NCBI GenBank assembly: GCA_002269645.1
Contig: NIVC01001231.1
Coordinates: 62,001 to 126,000, forward strand
Length of the DNA stretch: 64,000 nucleotides
Source of the DNA: Macrostomum lignano
Taxonomy: Eukaryota
Direction: 5' to 3'
Numbering within the stretch: the stretch's first letter is position 1; each line of letters begins with the position of its first letter. The notes beneath the pieces are model-generated. The model did not search any database, had not been told where the DNA came from, and saw only the letters and a list, made by a program, of their open reading frames with translations. Below are positions 15,805-29,023 of this stretch, one piece after another. Made by a program: the position numbers and the translations under genes.

Positions 15805-18800
15805 TCAAGGCATGTACAGCCGCTCGCACTTCCTTTCAGCTGATGACGCAACGTCACCGGCGGGCCGGCAGCTGTCGGTCACCCAGTCGGCCGTGACAAC
15901 GTGGATTCGGCGCCGCTGGTCCCGGCTGGCGGCCTCTCGAATCTGTCGCAGCCGGCTGGCGTCCTCGTCAGGCCGAACCACCGCGTGCGTCACCGACGGA
16001 GTCAACGAGGCGGCGAGGCGGCCGCCGGCCCGACGGACATCGGCGGCAAGTTCGCGCCAGCGGCCGTCCGGATCTCGGCGAGTTGTTGGATCGCCTGGTG
16101 GGGCGGGGAGAATTGAACTGCATTGCTCTACTACTGACAGTAGTAGCACTGGTTACCGATTCAGGCGTCTTTTGGGGAGGTCAGGATCGGCTTGGGGCGA
16201 TTCTTGAGGTGGTTTGATGGCGATTTTTGAGGTGATTTGAGAGCAATTTGGAGGTGCCTTGAGGGCGATTTTAAGGGCCGTTCACCAATGAGGAGGCAGC
16301 AATCCAGATACACAGTGCAGCCGGCCAGCGGCAGTCCCACATCGTCCGGCAGCAGCTCGGTCGGCCATTCAGCCTCGACTTCGTCATCGTCCGCATAGTC
16401 GTCGGCGGCAGCAGTTCCCGAAGTCGACTGGCCGCAGTGAGTTTTGTCCAGCAATTCTCCGAGAGCCTGCGGCGTCACCGGCTTCGTGTAGCTGTCGCCG
16501 AACTCGTCGTGGCTGCCGACCGCCGCCGACGCCGCGCGCTCCTCTTTGGCCAGAGTGGCCGGCCGGGCAAAGTGGACGAACTGGCGGGTGAGCGGCAGCA
16601 GGCGGCCGGCCTCCAGGCTGGCCAGCAGCCAGTCGGCGGTGGCCACATCGTGCCGGCCGCTGGCGATCAGGTTGCGCGCCCTGGCGTTCACCGAGTGCGC
16701 CACCACGCAGCGGGTGGCCCTGCCGGGATTCTGGACGACCCGGCCGCCGGCGGCCAGCACCCGGCGCTCCAGCTCGGCTTTGGGCGCCGCCTCCAGGCCG
16801 TTCAGCACCATCAGCTCGCAGCCGGTCAAGAAGCCGGCCGTATCGGCAGCGGCCGAGACACCGACAAACTGAGAGCCAACCTGGGGCCGGGCTGCCGCCG
16901 CCCTGGCTATCGGAGCCCGACGCTGTCGTTTCCGTCCTGGCGGCGACGTTGTGGATGACGCTGCCGCTCCATCTTCGTTGTCTTCGCAGTCGTTGTCGTC
17001 ACGATTGCCGCCGACGGGCAGCACCGAGCGGGCCAGCTTGCCCTGACTGCGCAGCCGCAGGGCCGTCAGCTGGGCGACGCTGGTCGCCTGCCTGCAGGTT
17101 TTGTCTTCGCGAAAGCCGACAACGCGGGGGAAGCGCAGAGTGTAGCCTGTGGCGTAGGCGTCCGAGGCCACGATCTCGCTGGCCCGGACCTGCAGTGCGG
17201 TCATGAGCAGTGAGCAATCTATGAGCAGTGATGAGCAATCTATGAGCAGTGATGAGCAATCTATGAGCAGTGATGAGCAATCTATGAGCAGTGATGAGCA
17301 CTGCAATCTATGAGCAATGATGAGCACTGCAATCTATGAGCAGTGATGAGCACTGCAATCTATGAGCAGTGATGAGCACTGCAATCTATGAGCAGTGATG
17401 AGCAATCTATGAGCAGTGATGAGCACTGCAATCTATGAGCAATGATGAGCACTGCAATCTATGAGCAGTGATGAGCACTGTAATCTATGAGCAGTGATGA
17501 GCACTGCAATCTATGAGCAATGATGAGCACTGCAATCTATGAGCAGTGATGAGCACTGCAATCTATGAGCAATGATGAGCACTGCAATCTATGAGCAATG
17601 ATGAGCACTGCAATCTATGAGCAGTGATGAGCACTGTAATCTATGAGCAGTGATGAGCACTGCAATCTATGAGCAGTGATGAGCACTGCAATCTATGAGC
17701 AGTGATGAGCACTGCAATCTATGAGCAGTGATGAGCACTGCAATCTATGAGCAGTGATGAGCAATCTATGAGCAGTGATGAGCACTGTAATCTATGAGCA
17801 GTGATGAGCACTGCAATCTATGAGCAGTGATGAGCACTGCAATCTATGAGCAGTGATGAGCACTGCAATCTATGAGCAGTGATGAGCACTGCAATCTATG
17901 AGCAGTGATGAGCACTGCAATCTATGAGCAGTGATGAGCACTGCAATCTATGAGCAGTGATGAGCACTGCAATCTATGAGCAGTGATGAGCACTGCAATC
18001 TATGAGCAGTGATGAGCACTGCAATCTATGAGCAGTGATGAGCACTGCAATCTATGAGCAGTGATGAGCAATCTATGAGCAGTGATGAGCACTGCAATCT
18101 ATGAGCAGTGATGAGCAATCTATGAGCAGTGATGAGCAATCTATGAGCAGTGATGAGCAATCTATGAGCAGTGATGAGCAATCTATAAGCAGTGATGAGC
18201 AATCTATGAGCAGTGATGAGCAATCTATGAGCAGTGATGAGCAATCTATGAGCAGTGATGAGCAATCTATGAGCAGTGATGAGCAATCTATGAGCAGTGA
18301 TGAGCAATCTATGAGCAGTGATGAGCACAGACAGCAATTAGCCGACCTGAACCACAAAGGAGTTGCTGGGATCAATCCACACGTCCGGCCGCTCCCGCTG
18401 CCCATCAGCCAGCCGGAAGGCCTCCGGCGGGCTGCGCTTATCGAACCGCTGCCAATGCTGAGCCATCTTCATGTTGTACTCGAACAGAGTCTGCTTGGAG
18501 TAGCCGCTGCCCACCTTGCAGAAGCTCAGGTACTTCACGCTGGCACCGCCATCTCCATCATCGTCTTCGCCGCCACCCGCTGCGCCAACGTCGTCCTCGC
18601 CGACGTCGGGCAGGGCGCAGAGGAAGTGGCTGCACATGCCGGCCCGGTGGCCACTGCCGAAGTAGCCGCCAACGATGACGCAGTCGACATCGTCAACGAG
18701 GCCGCCGACGAACTCCGGCTTGAGCTTGAACCAGCCGGCCTTGCGGCTCGCCACGCTGTACACCGAGTCAGCCAGCTTGGCCATCAGGCCTTCTTCGCGC

Positions 18801-21800
18801 GATTCAATTGCGGCATTGAATTTCTCCACAGCTTCGGCCTGTGTGGAGGCCAGGCTCCACTCGGAGATGAGCAGCCGGCCCGGCACCGGGGCCAGCACCT
18901 GTTGATGCAGCACCGGCTCTCATTGTAGTGACGCCTGACACCCCACCCCCTGATGTCACTCGCCCTGACACCCCACCCCCTGATGTCACTCGCCCCGACA
19001 CCCCACCCCCTGATGTCCTCGCTTGACACCCCACCCCTGATGTCACTCGCCCTGACACCCCACCCCCTGATGTCACTCGCCCTGACACCCCACCCCCTGA
19101 TGTCACTCGCCCTGACACCCCACCCCCTGATGTCACTCGCCCTGACACCCCACCCCCTGATGTCACTCACTCTGACACCCCACCCCCTGATGTGTCACTC
19201 GCTCTGACACCCCACTCCCTGATGTCACTCACTCTGACACCCCAACCCCTGATGTCACTCGCTCTGACACCCCACTCCCTGATGTCACTCGCCCCGACAC
19301 CCCACTCCCTGATGTCACTCGCCCCGACAACTGAATCAGTCATCATTGTCACTCCCTCCGGCACCTGAATCAGTCATCATTGTCACTCCCTCCGGCACCT
19401 GAATCAGTCATCATTGTCACTCCCTCCGGCACCTGAATCAGTCATCATTGTCACTCCCTCCGGCAACTGAATCAGTCATCATTTTCACTCCCTCCGGCAA
19501 CTGAATCAGTCATCATTTTCACTCCCTCCGGCAACTGAATCAGTCATCATTGTCACTCCCTCCCGCAACTGAATCAGTCATCATTGTCACTCCCTCCGGC
19601 AACTGAATCAGTCATGATTGTCACTCCCCCGGCAACTGAATCAGTCATGATTGTCACTTATTCGGCAACTCAGTCATCTATTGTCACCCCGCAGTCCCCA
19701 GCCAGCTCACCAACCTGATTATCAAGAATTCTTTTCCGCTCAACAAGCGGCCGGTCGGTGAGCACTCGGCCGTTGAGCAGGATGAGGTCGAACACCACAA
19801 AGCAGGGCACGTAGCCCCGCACGGACACTCTCTTAATATCGAAGTCCTGCGCCTTGGAGCCCATGGTGTTGGTCTCCAGGTTGAAGCCCATCATCTCGCC
19901 GTCAAGAATGCAGTTGTCAACGCCGGGCAGGAAGGCGGACGCCAGATGCGGAGTCAGGTTGCCCGGCCCGTCGGGAGCCGCTCCGTAGGTGGCCGTCCAC
20001 TCCAGGCCGCTGCGCGACCAGTACCTGTAGCCGCTGCCCGACTTGTGCAGCTGCATTCGCTCGCCATCAAACTTCACTTCGAGCAGGAATGGCCGGCCGG
20101 CGAACAGTTCGCCCAGCTGCAGGACGCTCGCCGCCTCGCCCAGCATCGGCCGGAACGGCGTGTTCAGGGCGACGCCGATTTCGTGCAGACGGACGCCTGG
20201 ATAGTGCAGGCTGGTGCACACCTGGGACAGGTGGAAGATGGTGATGATAATCCAATTCAAAATCTCACTGAGAGTTATGATAATCCACATCAAAATCTCG
20301 CTGAGAATCATGATAATCCACCACAAAATCTCGCTGAAAGTCATGATAATCCGCTTCAAAATCTCACTGAGAGTCATGATAATCCAATTCAAAATCTCAC
20401 TGAGGATCATGATAATCCAATTCAAAATCTCACTGGAGATCATGATAATCCGCTTCAAAATCTCACTGAGAGTCATGATAATCCAATTTAAAATCTCACT
20501 GAGAGTCATGATAATCCAATTTAAAATCTCACTGGAGATCATGATAATCCAATTAAAAATCTCAGTGGAGATCATGATAATTAATTTAAAATCTCACTGG
20601 AGATCATGATAATCCAATTCAAAATCTCACTGAGAGTCATGATAATCCACCACAAAATCTCGCTGAAAGTCATGATAATCAGCTTCAAAATCTCACTGAG
20701 AGTCATGATAATCCAATTTAAAATCTCACTGAGAATCATGATAATCCAATTCAAAATCTCACTGAGAGTCATGATAATCCAATTCAAAATCTCACTGGAG
20801 ATCATGATAATCCAATTCAAAATCTCACTGAAAGTCATGATAATCCAATTTAAAATCTCACTGAAAGTCATGATAATCCAATTCAAAATCTCACTGGAGA
20901 TCATGATAATCCAATTCAAAATCTCACTGGAGATCATAATAATCCAATTCAAAATCTCACTGAAAGTCATGATAATCCAATTCAAAATCTCACTGAGAAT
21001 CATGATATGATAATCCACCTCAAAATCTCACTGAAAGTCACGATAACCACCTCAAAATCTTACTGGAGATCATGATAATCCGCTTCAAAATCTCACTGAG
21101 AGTCATGATAATCCACCTCAAAATCTCGCTGAAAGTCATGATAATCCGCTTCAAAATCTCACTGAAAGTCATGATAATCCGCTTCAAAATCTCACTGAGA
21201 ATCATGATATGATAATCCACCTCAAAATCTCACTGAAAGTCACGATAATCCACCTCAAAATCTCACTGGAGATCATGATAATCCGCTTCAAAATCTCACT
21301 GAGAGTCATGATAATCCACCTCAAAATCTCGCTGAAAGTCATGATAATCCACCTCAAAATCTCACTGGAGATCATGATAATCCGATTCAAAATCTCACTG
21401 AGAATCATGATAATCCACCTCAAAATCTCGCTGAAAGTCATGATAATCCGCTTCAAAATCTCACTGAGAATCATGATAATCCACCTCAAAATCTCGCTGA
21501 AAGTCATGATAATCCGCTTCAAAATCTCACTGAGAGTCATGATAATCAACCTCAAAATCTCGCTGAAAGTCATGATAATCCGCTTCAAAATCTCACTGAG
21601 AGTCATGATAATCCAATTCAAAATCTCACTGGAGATAATGATAATCTATTCAAAACCTAAAAACTTGAGTCAGGATAATCCGTTTCAAAATCCCAGGTTC
21701 CTATGATAAACATGCGGCGCACCTTCTCCAGACTCTGTGTGACATCGTACAGTGCCTCGGCATCGGGGTGGAAGGCGGACAGCACCGTCTTCTCGCTGAC

Positions 21801-23671
21801 GCCAGCCCGAATGTCGCGCAGCACAATGCGGATGAGCCACTTCTGCTCCAGCGCGGTGGTCTGCTTGATCAGCGCGAACAGCTGGCGCTTCACTTCGTCT
21901 CGTTTGTTGGCCGCATTTGCCGCGCTCATTGCGGTCAGGTGATTGTTCACCTGCGGGCGGGGCGGCTCTGCTGCATGCTCTGCGTGTAAGCACACGCGCC
22001 AGCCATGAGCCATCTAATCTAGATGCCTATCCTACAACTCCTAATGTCTACCCCCCAACTCTCAATGTCTACCCTCCAACTCCTAATGTCTACCCTCCAA
22101 CTCCTAATGTCTACCCTCCAACTCCTAATGTCTACCCTCCAACTCCTAATGTCTACCCCCCAACTCTCAATGTCTACCCTCCAACTCCTAATGTCTACCC
22201 TCCAACTCCTAATGTCTACCCTCCAACTCCTAATGTCTACCCTCCAACTCCTAATGTCTACCCCCCAACTCCTAATGTCTACCCCCCAACTCTCAATGTC
22301 TACCCTCCAACTCCTAATGTCTACCCCCCAACTCCTAATGTCTACCCTCCAACTCCTAATGTCTACCCCCCAACTCTCAATGTCTACCCTCCAACTCTCA
22401 ATGTCTACCCTCCAACTCCTAATGTCTACCCCCCAACTCCTAATGTCTACCCTCCAACTCCTAATGTCTACCCTCCAACTCTCAATGTCTACCCTCCAAC
22501 TCCTAATGTCTACCCCCCAACTCCTAATGTCTACCCTCCAACTCCTAATGTCTACCCCCCAACTCTAAATGTCTACCCTCCAACTCCTAATGTCTACCCT
22601 CCAACTCCTAATGTCTACCCCCCAACTCTCAATGTCTACCCTCCAACTCCTAATGTCTACCCTCCAACTCCTAATGTCTACCCTCCAACTCCTAATGTCT
22701 ACCCCCCAACTCTCAATGTCTACCCTCCAACTCCTAATGTCTACCCCCCAACTCCTAATGTCTACCCCCCCCAACTCTCAATGTCTACCCTCCACCTCTC
22801 AATGTCTACCCTCCACCTCTCAATGTCTACCCTCCAACTCTAAATGTCTACCCTCCAATTCTCAATATCCACCCTCCAACTCTGAATGTCTACCCTCCAC
22901 CTCTCAATGTCTACCCTCCAACTCTCAAGGTCTACCCTCCAATTCTCAATGTCCACCCTCCAACTCTTAATGTCTACCCTCCAACTCCTAATGTTTAACG
23001 TCTAACTCTTAATGTCTATCCTTCAAATCTCATTTCTATCCTTCAAATCTCATTTCTATCCTTAAATCTCAATGTCTAGCCATCAAATCCTTGTCTACCA
23101 CCCAACCAAACGTAAGAACAGCCAGTCTCCGGCCAGATGCAGCTCTCACCTGCTGCACAGTCAGCGCGCCCTGCCGCGGGCACCGGTGCTGCAATATGAA
23201 ATAAGCGGTAGCCGCGAAATCCCCAGTGGTGGCGGCCGACTGTCCGGGATTTTTATAATTCAGCAGCTTCTTCGCCTCCGGACTGTCCCGGCCGAGGCAG
23301 AGAATCTCTATGTAGATCTTGGCCAGCATGAACTCCTTGATGCCGTAGGCTGGCCGGGCGCGGTCGCTCAATGGCAACAGCAGACGCATGGCTGGATAAA
23401 ATGAGTCTTGCTGCTGCTGTTGAGACTGTGTCTGCTGCTGGGGCTGCTGGGGCAGCGGCTCTGGACCGTGCAGCTCAGTGTGCAGCTGTCTCCAGGTAGC
23501 CATGAACTCCTTGATTGGCCCGAGCTTCTCCTTGTGCCCACGGAGCCGGCTGACCCGTTCGAGCAGGCCCGCCAGCTGGTTGAAGGGCACTCGGGAGGCC
23601 ACGGTTGGCGAGCCGGCCGAGGCCTCAGCTGACTGCGAGTTGCCGCTGCCTGCCGCCGACATGGCCGCCAT
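15805..23671 (-). CDS. LIG4: DNA ligase IV (~1000 aa, 6 coding exons, tandem C-terminal BRCT domains)
   Basis: Exons 23671-23150, 21950-21723, 20221-19715, 18898-18347, 17189-16286, 16094-15805, all GT-AG and phase-compatible. Motifs: DSFYPAMRLLLP, EQKWLIRIVLRD, catalytic EVKFDGERMQLH, EEGLMAK, WFKLKPEF, TLRFPRV; BRCT motifs GGRVVQNP..WLL and VTADWVTDS. Confidence 0.95.
17203..18327. repeat. 21/26-bp minisatellite (ATCTATGAGCAGTGATGAGC[ACTGC]A) filling LIG4 intron 4
   Basis: More than 40 tandem copies. Confidence 0.95.
18934..19672. repeat. Two adjacent minisatellites (30-bp CCCTGACACCCCACCCCCTGATGTCACTCG; 34-bp CTGAATCAGTCATCATTGTCACTCCCTCCGGCAC) in LIG4 intron 3
   Basis: About 13 and about 10 copies, switching near 19325. 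Confidence 0.95.
20243..21650. repeat. 33-bp minisatellite (GAGAGTCATGATAATCCAATTCAAAATCTCACT) filling LIG4 intron 2
   Basis: About 42 copies. Confidence 0.95.
22024..23000. repeat. 21-bp minisatellite (TGTCTACCCTCCAACTCCTAA) filling LIG4 intron 1
   Basis: About 45 copies. Confidence 0.95.
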
Positions 23672-23694
23672 TCAACTGGAGAAGAAGACGAAAG

Positions 23695-24420
23695 ACCTTT
23701 GCCTCACCGACCAATCAGAGAGTAGCTAACCTTTGCCTCACCGACCAATCAGAGTCGCTAACCTTTGCCTGACCGACCAATAAGAGGGTCGCTAACCTTT
23801 GCCTCACCGACCAATCAGAGAGTAGCTAACCTTTGCCTCACCGACCAATCAGAGTCGCTAACCTTTGCCTCACCGACCAATCAGAGAGCCGCTAACCTTT
23901 GCCTCACCGACCAATCAGAGGGTCGCTAACCTTTGCCTCACCGACCAATCAGAGAGTAGCTAACCTTTGCCTTACCGACCAATCAGAGGGTCGCTAACCT
24001 TTGCCTCACCGACCAATCAGAGAGTCGCTAACCTTTGCCTCACCGACTAATCAGAAAGTCGCTAACCATTGCCTCACCGACTAATCAGAAAGTCGCTAAC
24101 CTTTGCCTCACCGACTAATCAGAAAGTCGCTAACCTTTGCCTCACCGACCAATCAGAGGGTCGCTAACCTTTGCCTCACCGACCAATCAGAGAGTAGCTA
24201 ACCTTTGCCTTACCGACCAATCAGAGGGTCGCTAACCTTTGCCTCACCGACCAATCAGAGAGTCGCTAACCTTTGCCTCACCGACTAATCAGAAAAGTCG
24301 CTAACCTTTGCCTCACCGACTAATCCGAAAGTCGCTAACCTTTGCCTCACCGACTAATCAGAAAGTCGCTAACCTTTGCCTCACCGACTAATCGGAAAGT
24401 CGCTAACCTTTGCCTCACCG
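23695..24420. repeat. 32-34-bp minisatellite carrying CCAAT boxes immediately upstream of LIG4
   Basis: About 21 copies of GCTAACCTTTGCCTCACCGACCAATCAGAGAGTC; distal copies have ACTAATC. Confidence 0.95.
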
Positions 24421-24595
24421 ACCTGACAGCCACAGAGTGCATGAAGGTTTCTCTCTGACCAGCCACAGAGTGCATGAAGGTTTCTACCTGACCAGCCACA
24501 GAGTGCATGAAGGTTTCTACCTGACCAGCCACAGAGTGCATGAAGGTTTCTACCTGACCAGCCACAGAGTGCTTAAAGGTTTCTACCTGACCAAC
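24421..24595. repeat. 33-bp tandem repeat (ACCTGACCAGCCACAGAGTGCATGAAGGTTTCT) x5
   Basis: Five copies abutting the CCAAT array. Confidence 0.9.
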
Positions 24596-24949
24596 CAAAG
24601 TCCCTGAAATTTTCGCCCTTAATCAATGATAAACACTGTTTGGAAACTCAAATTGAAATTAGAACACAAGTCAAACAGACAGAATTTCCAGTCCAATAAA
24701 TGCGATCCACATCTAACAGCATGGTCGCCACTCAATCCTTTTTTATTTGCGATTCATTTTCAATAAAGAGTTGATTTTTTCTTAACATTCAATGGAATAA
24801 ACCAATAACAGCTGGCAGCATCTTGAAGCGAATTGATGGAGCAACCTGACAAAGGAACGCTGGCGAAAACAGGTCACTGCTAAGCCGGCCAAACACAATG
24901 TCACTAACAAGACACCCAATATCCGTCAGGCCATCGCAATCAAAAAAGT

Positions 24950-25873
24950 TTATTCAGCACCCGCCTTCAAGAGAAAGTCCAGAGCCTGCGAGGCCTGGGA
25001 GGAGCCCAGATCCTGCAATGTAGAAAAATAGTTATAAGATGCAATGCGTGCTACCTATAAACCAAATATATAAGTAGTTTTTGAGAATAACAGGAGAAAA
25101 ATTAAGAGCGTACACGAGAAAAGTGATGAACGAAAAACGTTTGAAAATAAATAAGAGGCATGCAATGTCTACTAATGAGTCACGAGGGCCAGGTCTGCAC
25201 TTTTGGTAAAGTCAAAGCTAACCTAATTTCCAATTAGATGGTATTTTTATACTATGGGTATATTAATATGCGCAGTTGCATATGTAATTGTATGTAATAT
25301 TATATGTAATAATTGATTACACCTGCCCCAATGCCAGATGTGCAACCGACAGCTCAGCCGCAGCTATTGCGCGGCGTAAAAACCCCTCCTTGTTTGTATT
25401 GTGGGATGTGTAAGATGCATTTGGGTGATACCTAATTTACACACTACTTTCCATAATGCGATAAGTAGCAATATTGGAGTATTCAAATGGATTTTTTTGA
25501 ACCCTCACAAAATAAGTTTAACAGCGCTCACCCGAACGACAACGCAGGAGCACTTGACGACCTTGCGCGGCTTGCCCTCCTTGTCAATCTTGCACAGGCC
25601 GGCCCACTCGCCCAGCTGCTTGGCCTGGTCCACCTTCACCAGGCGGATGCCGTGCTCGGTGCACAGCGCCTCGACCAGCTTGCTGTAGTTGGCCTCGTCG
25701 CAGTCGCTGGCCAGAATGCACAGGTGAGCGGCTCGCTTCTCCAAGGCTTTGGTGGCCTCGTGCAGGCCCTTGGCCAGGCCGTCGTGCGCCATGGACGTCT
25801 TGAGCACCTCCTGGACAGCTGTCTCAATGGTCATGGGGCCGCCGGCGGCAACATCTCCTTCCGTGTCGCTCAT
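24950..25873 (-). CDS. RPS12: 40S ribosomal protein S12 (eS12), 134 aa
   Basis: Exons 25873-25532 and 25012-24950 (342+63 nt, phase 0). Sequence includes [63 protein letters not shown]|DLG. AATAAA overlaps the stop and also occurs at 24742-24747. Confidence 0.97.
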
Positions 25874-27721
25874 AGTGCTGGTGAATGCGAAATTAAATGT
25901 TCACAACACGGACGTCCTCCTGCGGGCGCGCGGGAGACAAGACGACAAAATTTGAGCTTGACGTTTTGGTTTTGTTAAAGAAACCCAGCTGAGAGCAACT
26001 CTGATATTAGTTATATTTTTTTATCAAATAGCTTATTAATGCTAGGCTTAGGTATATCTATAGCTCCATGCAGTGTATTAATACAAAGAACACAAATTAC
26101 ACACTAAATCAAACCAACTTATAATATAATAACAGTAAATGATTTTTTATAACAATATAAATGAGCCATAAAATCAGCATGGCCACATAATAAGTCTATG
26201 AAAATATATCTATTTATTAGTCTTATGGATAAAACTGATATAAATATTATGGGAAAAAATACTGCTTGCACTAATTGACTAATTCTAAATTAAAAAATGT
26301 TGTACTATATACTCATACTCATTTATAGCATTAATCTGTATGTATCATCTAATTTATGAAATGCAAATGTTTAAAACTATAGTTGGAATGCTAATACAAT
26401 ATAGCATTAGTATCAATAAAGAAATTGTGGATTTAAAAGAAGCAAAGAAAGAAGCAGAGTCTATAGAAGCTTCTACGGATACAATAGTTCCAAATATGTC
26501 TCATTTTACTTAGTAGCAGATATAACTAAATATATTGATATCCATGTTTCCTAATAGAAAAAAAGGCAGTTCATGTTATTAAGTCTCCTAAGTAGCCCTA
26601 TTAGTAAGGATAGGAGAAGGGTTTTAAAGAGAAAGGATACAATTTTATGCAAAAACTTTAGACTTGATGGCTTCTCAATAAGTACAAATATTTTTAGGTT
26701 GCCTATAGACTAGTCTGACTTGCCTATTAGCACTTTTTTACACTTGCAATTGATGGGCTTAAAAAATAACCCACCTATGCTCTGCATGCCCACTTGCAAG
26801 GTTGCTAGCAAATAAATAGTTTTAGAAGAGAAAGATGTTTTGTCTACTTAGCTAACAAACTATAAGCAGACAAATGAAATTATTAATTTTTAACAAATTA
26901 AATACAGAATACAAAGGCTACAATATTATATTTTTTGTCCTCATGATAAGTGTAACTTAGCTTCATAGCAAAAATTTACAAGTCCTATTATGAACATTTC
27001 TGATTTGCAAAAAAAGTTTCTCTTAAGACAAACAAACTATCATCAAGTTCTAGGTGCACATAAAAATGGCCACATGCAAAATGGCCTCACAATGGAACGG
27101 CCACACTATCAAAATAGCCACATGTCAAAATGGCCACAAATAACAAATTTTTATAAGTTGCGTATGTGTGAGTTAGTTTAGTCGAGTTGAGTTAGTTTAA
27201 TATTAGTTTATTTCGCCATACAATATGCAAATATGTTTCTAAAGTTATTTAATTAAGTCTTTATGCTAATGTATCAAGTTATTTGAGTTATTAGATACTT
27301 GTATACAGTCCAATGTTTATAGACTTTATAAGAAATTGCAGATCAGATTTGAAATTCAACTTGATAAGAAATGCTTAGGACAATTTTGAATAAGTATGCA
27401 AACAAATGTACATGTATTTAAATAAATATAGCCACAAAGTACAATTAAAATTAGTAAAATTTAAATCAGTAAAATTAGGTTGATGTCCTAATTTCAAATG
27501 TCCGCAACCTCCTGCTTGAGCAGCTGCCACTGCTTGGGGCTTTCAAATTCAGCATAGTTGTGAGCAGACAAAGTGGCAAAAGAGCAAATATTTAAATATA
27601 TTTGGACATATATAAATATATTTGCATATTATATGACAAAATAAACTAACATTGTGTCATACCTCATAAAAATTTGTTATGTATGGCTGTTTTGATGGTG
27701 TGGCCATCCAAATTTGGTATA

Positions 27722-29023
27722 CCGGGTGTCCGGATTGAACGGAAACGCTGCTTAAAACGTCGTTAATTACGTAATCTTTCGCAAAATTCAAAATTTTGCA
27801 CGGGTGTCAGAACCAGCAGAAATCACAGAATTTAATACTTCCACTCTTGCAGCTTTATTCCTAACCATGGCTGAGCACGAGGCTCAAAGACGAGCAATCG
27901 CTGAATTACTTTGTGCTGGAAAGTCAACTAGCGACATCAGAGAAGTGCTCAATGTGAGCAGAAAGAGGATTTTCACTGTGAGGAAGCTGCTGAATGACAC
28001 AGGAGATGTCACCAAAAGACATGGGGGTGGTCATCCGAGGACAAAAAGGACAAAGAAGACCGTCGCAGCCGTTCGGGCGAAGGTCAACCGAAATCCCCGA
28101 AGGTCGATTTGCCAACTGGCACGTGAGCACGACATGAGCAAGACAACAATGTCGGAGCTCGTCAAAGAAGACCTTGGCATGGTGTCCAGGGCGGTGGTGC
28201 CGAAGAACCTCATCACTTCGAAGCAGAAGGTGTCGCGTCTCAAGCGGTGCAGGCAGTTGCTCACGTGGGTGAAGAACCACGGCTCGCTGGTGCGCGTGTT
28301 CAGCGACGAGAAACTGTTCACCTGTGACCAAGCCGTGAACAGGCGCAACACTCGCTACATCAACGCCGCCAGCAGCGCAGACACACCTGCCCACGTGAAG
28401 TACAGTATGAAGTCTAAGCACCCGGCCTCCATCATGATGCTGGGCGTCATTGCGAGCAATGGACGGAGGTGTCCCCCCATTTTCATCAACCCAGGCACCA
28501 AAGTGAATGCTGCATGCTACCAGCAGCTGCTGCAGCAGCACGTGCTGCCTTGGCTGCGTCAGCAGTACCCTGATGGACAGTACGTGTGGCAGCAGGATGG
28601 TGCTCCGGCTCACATAGCGGCCACAACCCAGCAGTTCTTGGCGGACAACATGGCGAACTTCTGGCCGAAGACGATGTGGCCGCCCTCCAGTCTGGACCTG
28701 AATCCGCTGGACTTCTCAATCTGGCAGCGTGTGGAGAGCGAGGCCTGCAGATCCTGCCACAGCAGTGTGGAAGCGCTGCAGGCTGCTGTTCGGCTGGCCT
28801 GGGAGAGAATGGACACCAACTATGTGAGGAAGGTGTGCCAGCAGTTCAGGAAGAGGCTGGAGCGCGTGATCGCGGCCAATGGCGGCCATTTTGAATGAGA
28901 ACAATGCTGACACCTTCCTATTTACTATTGTCAAAAATAAATGGTACAGCTGCTTGTCTTGCTGAGAAATTGCAAAAAATATTCAAAAAATCAGCAGCAT
29001 TTCCATTCAATCTGGACACCCAG
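27722..29023 (+). mobile_element. Tc1/mariner superfamily DD37D (maT) DNA transposon, 1302 bp, full-length
   Basis: 31-bp TIRs CCGGGTGTCCGGATTGAACGGAAACGCTGCT (27/31 identical) and TA target duplication (27720-21, 29024-25). Confidence 0.92.
27867..28898 (+). CDS. DD37D/maT transposase, 343 aa
   Basis: Uninterrupted ORF with N-terminal HTH and catalytic motifs FSDEK, QQDGAPAH, SLDLNPLD; 37 residues between the second and third Asp (counted). The canonical SPDLNP is changed to SLDLNP. Confidence 0.92.
   Translation: MAEHEAQRRAIAELLCAGKSTSDIREVLNVSRKRIFTVRKLLNDTGDVTKRHGGGHPRTKRTKKTVAAVRAKVNRNPRRSICQLAREHDMSKTTMSELVKEDLGMVSRAVVPKNLITSKQKVSRLKRCRQLLTWVKNHGSLVRVFSDEKLFTCDQAVNRRNTRYINAASSADTPAHVKYSMKSKHPASIMMLGVIASNGRRCPPIFINPGTKVNAACYQQLLQQHVLPWLRQQYPDGQYVWQQDGAPAHIAATTQQFLADNMANFWPKTMWPPSSLDLNPLDFSIWQRVESEACRSCHSSVEALQAAVRLAWERMDTNYVRKVCQQFRKRLERVIAANGGHFE

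Noticed and set aside
16095-16149. Alternative LIG4 exon 6 acceptors at 16134 and 16118
   Set aside because: 16118 is out of phase. 16095 has the better pyrimidine tract and restores LLIG|DPTT, collinear with LIG4 BRCT2.
20214-22970. Repetitive ORFs in LIG4 introns 1-2
   Set aside because: They fall inside introns defined by in-phase GT-AG junctions of a conserved protein.
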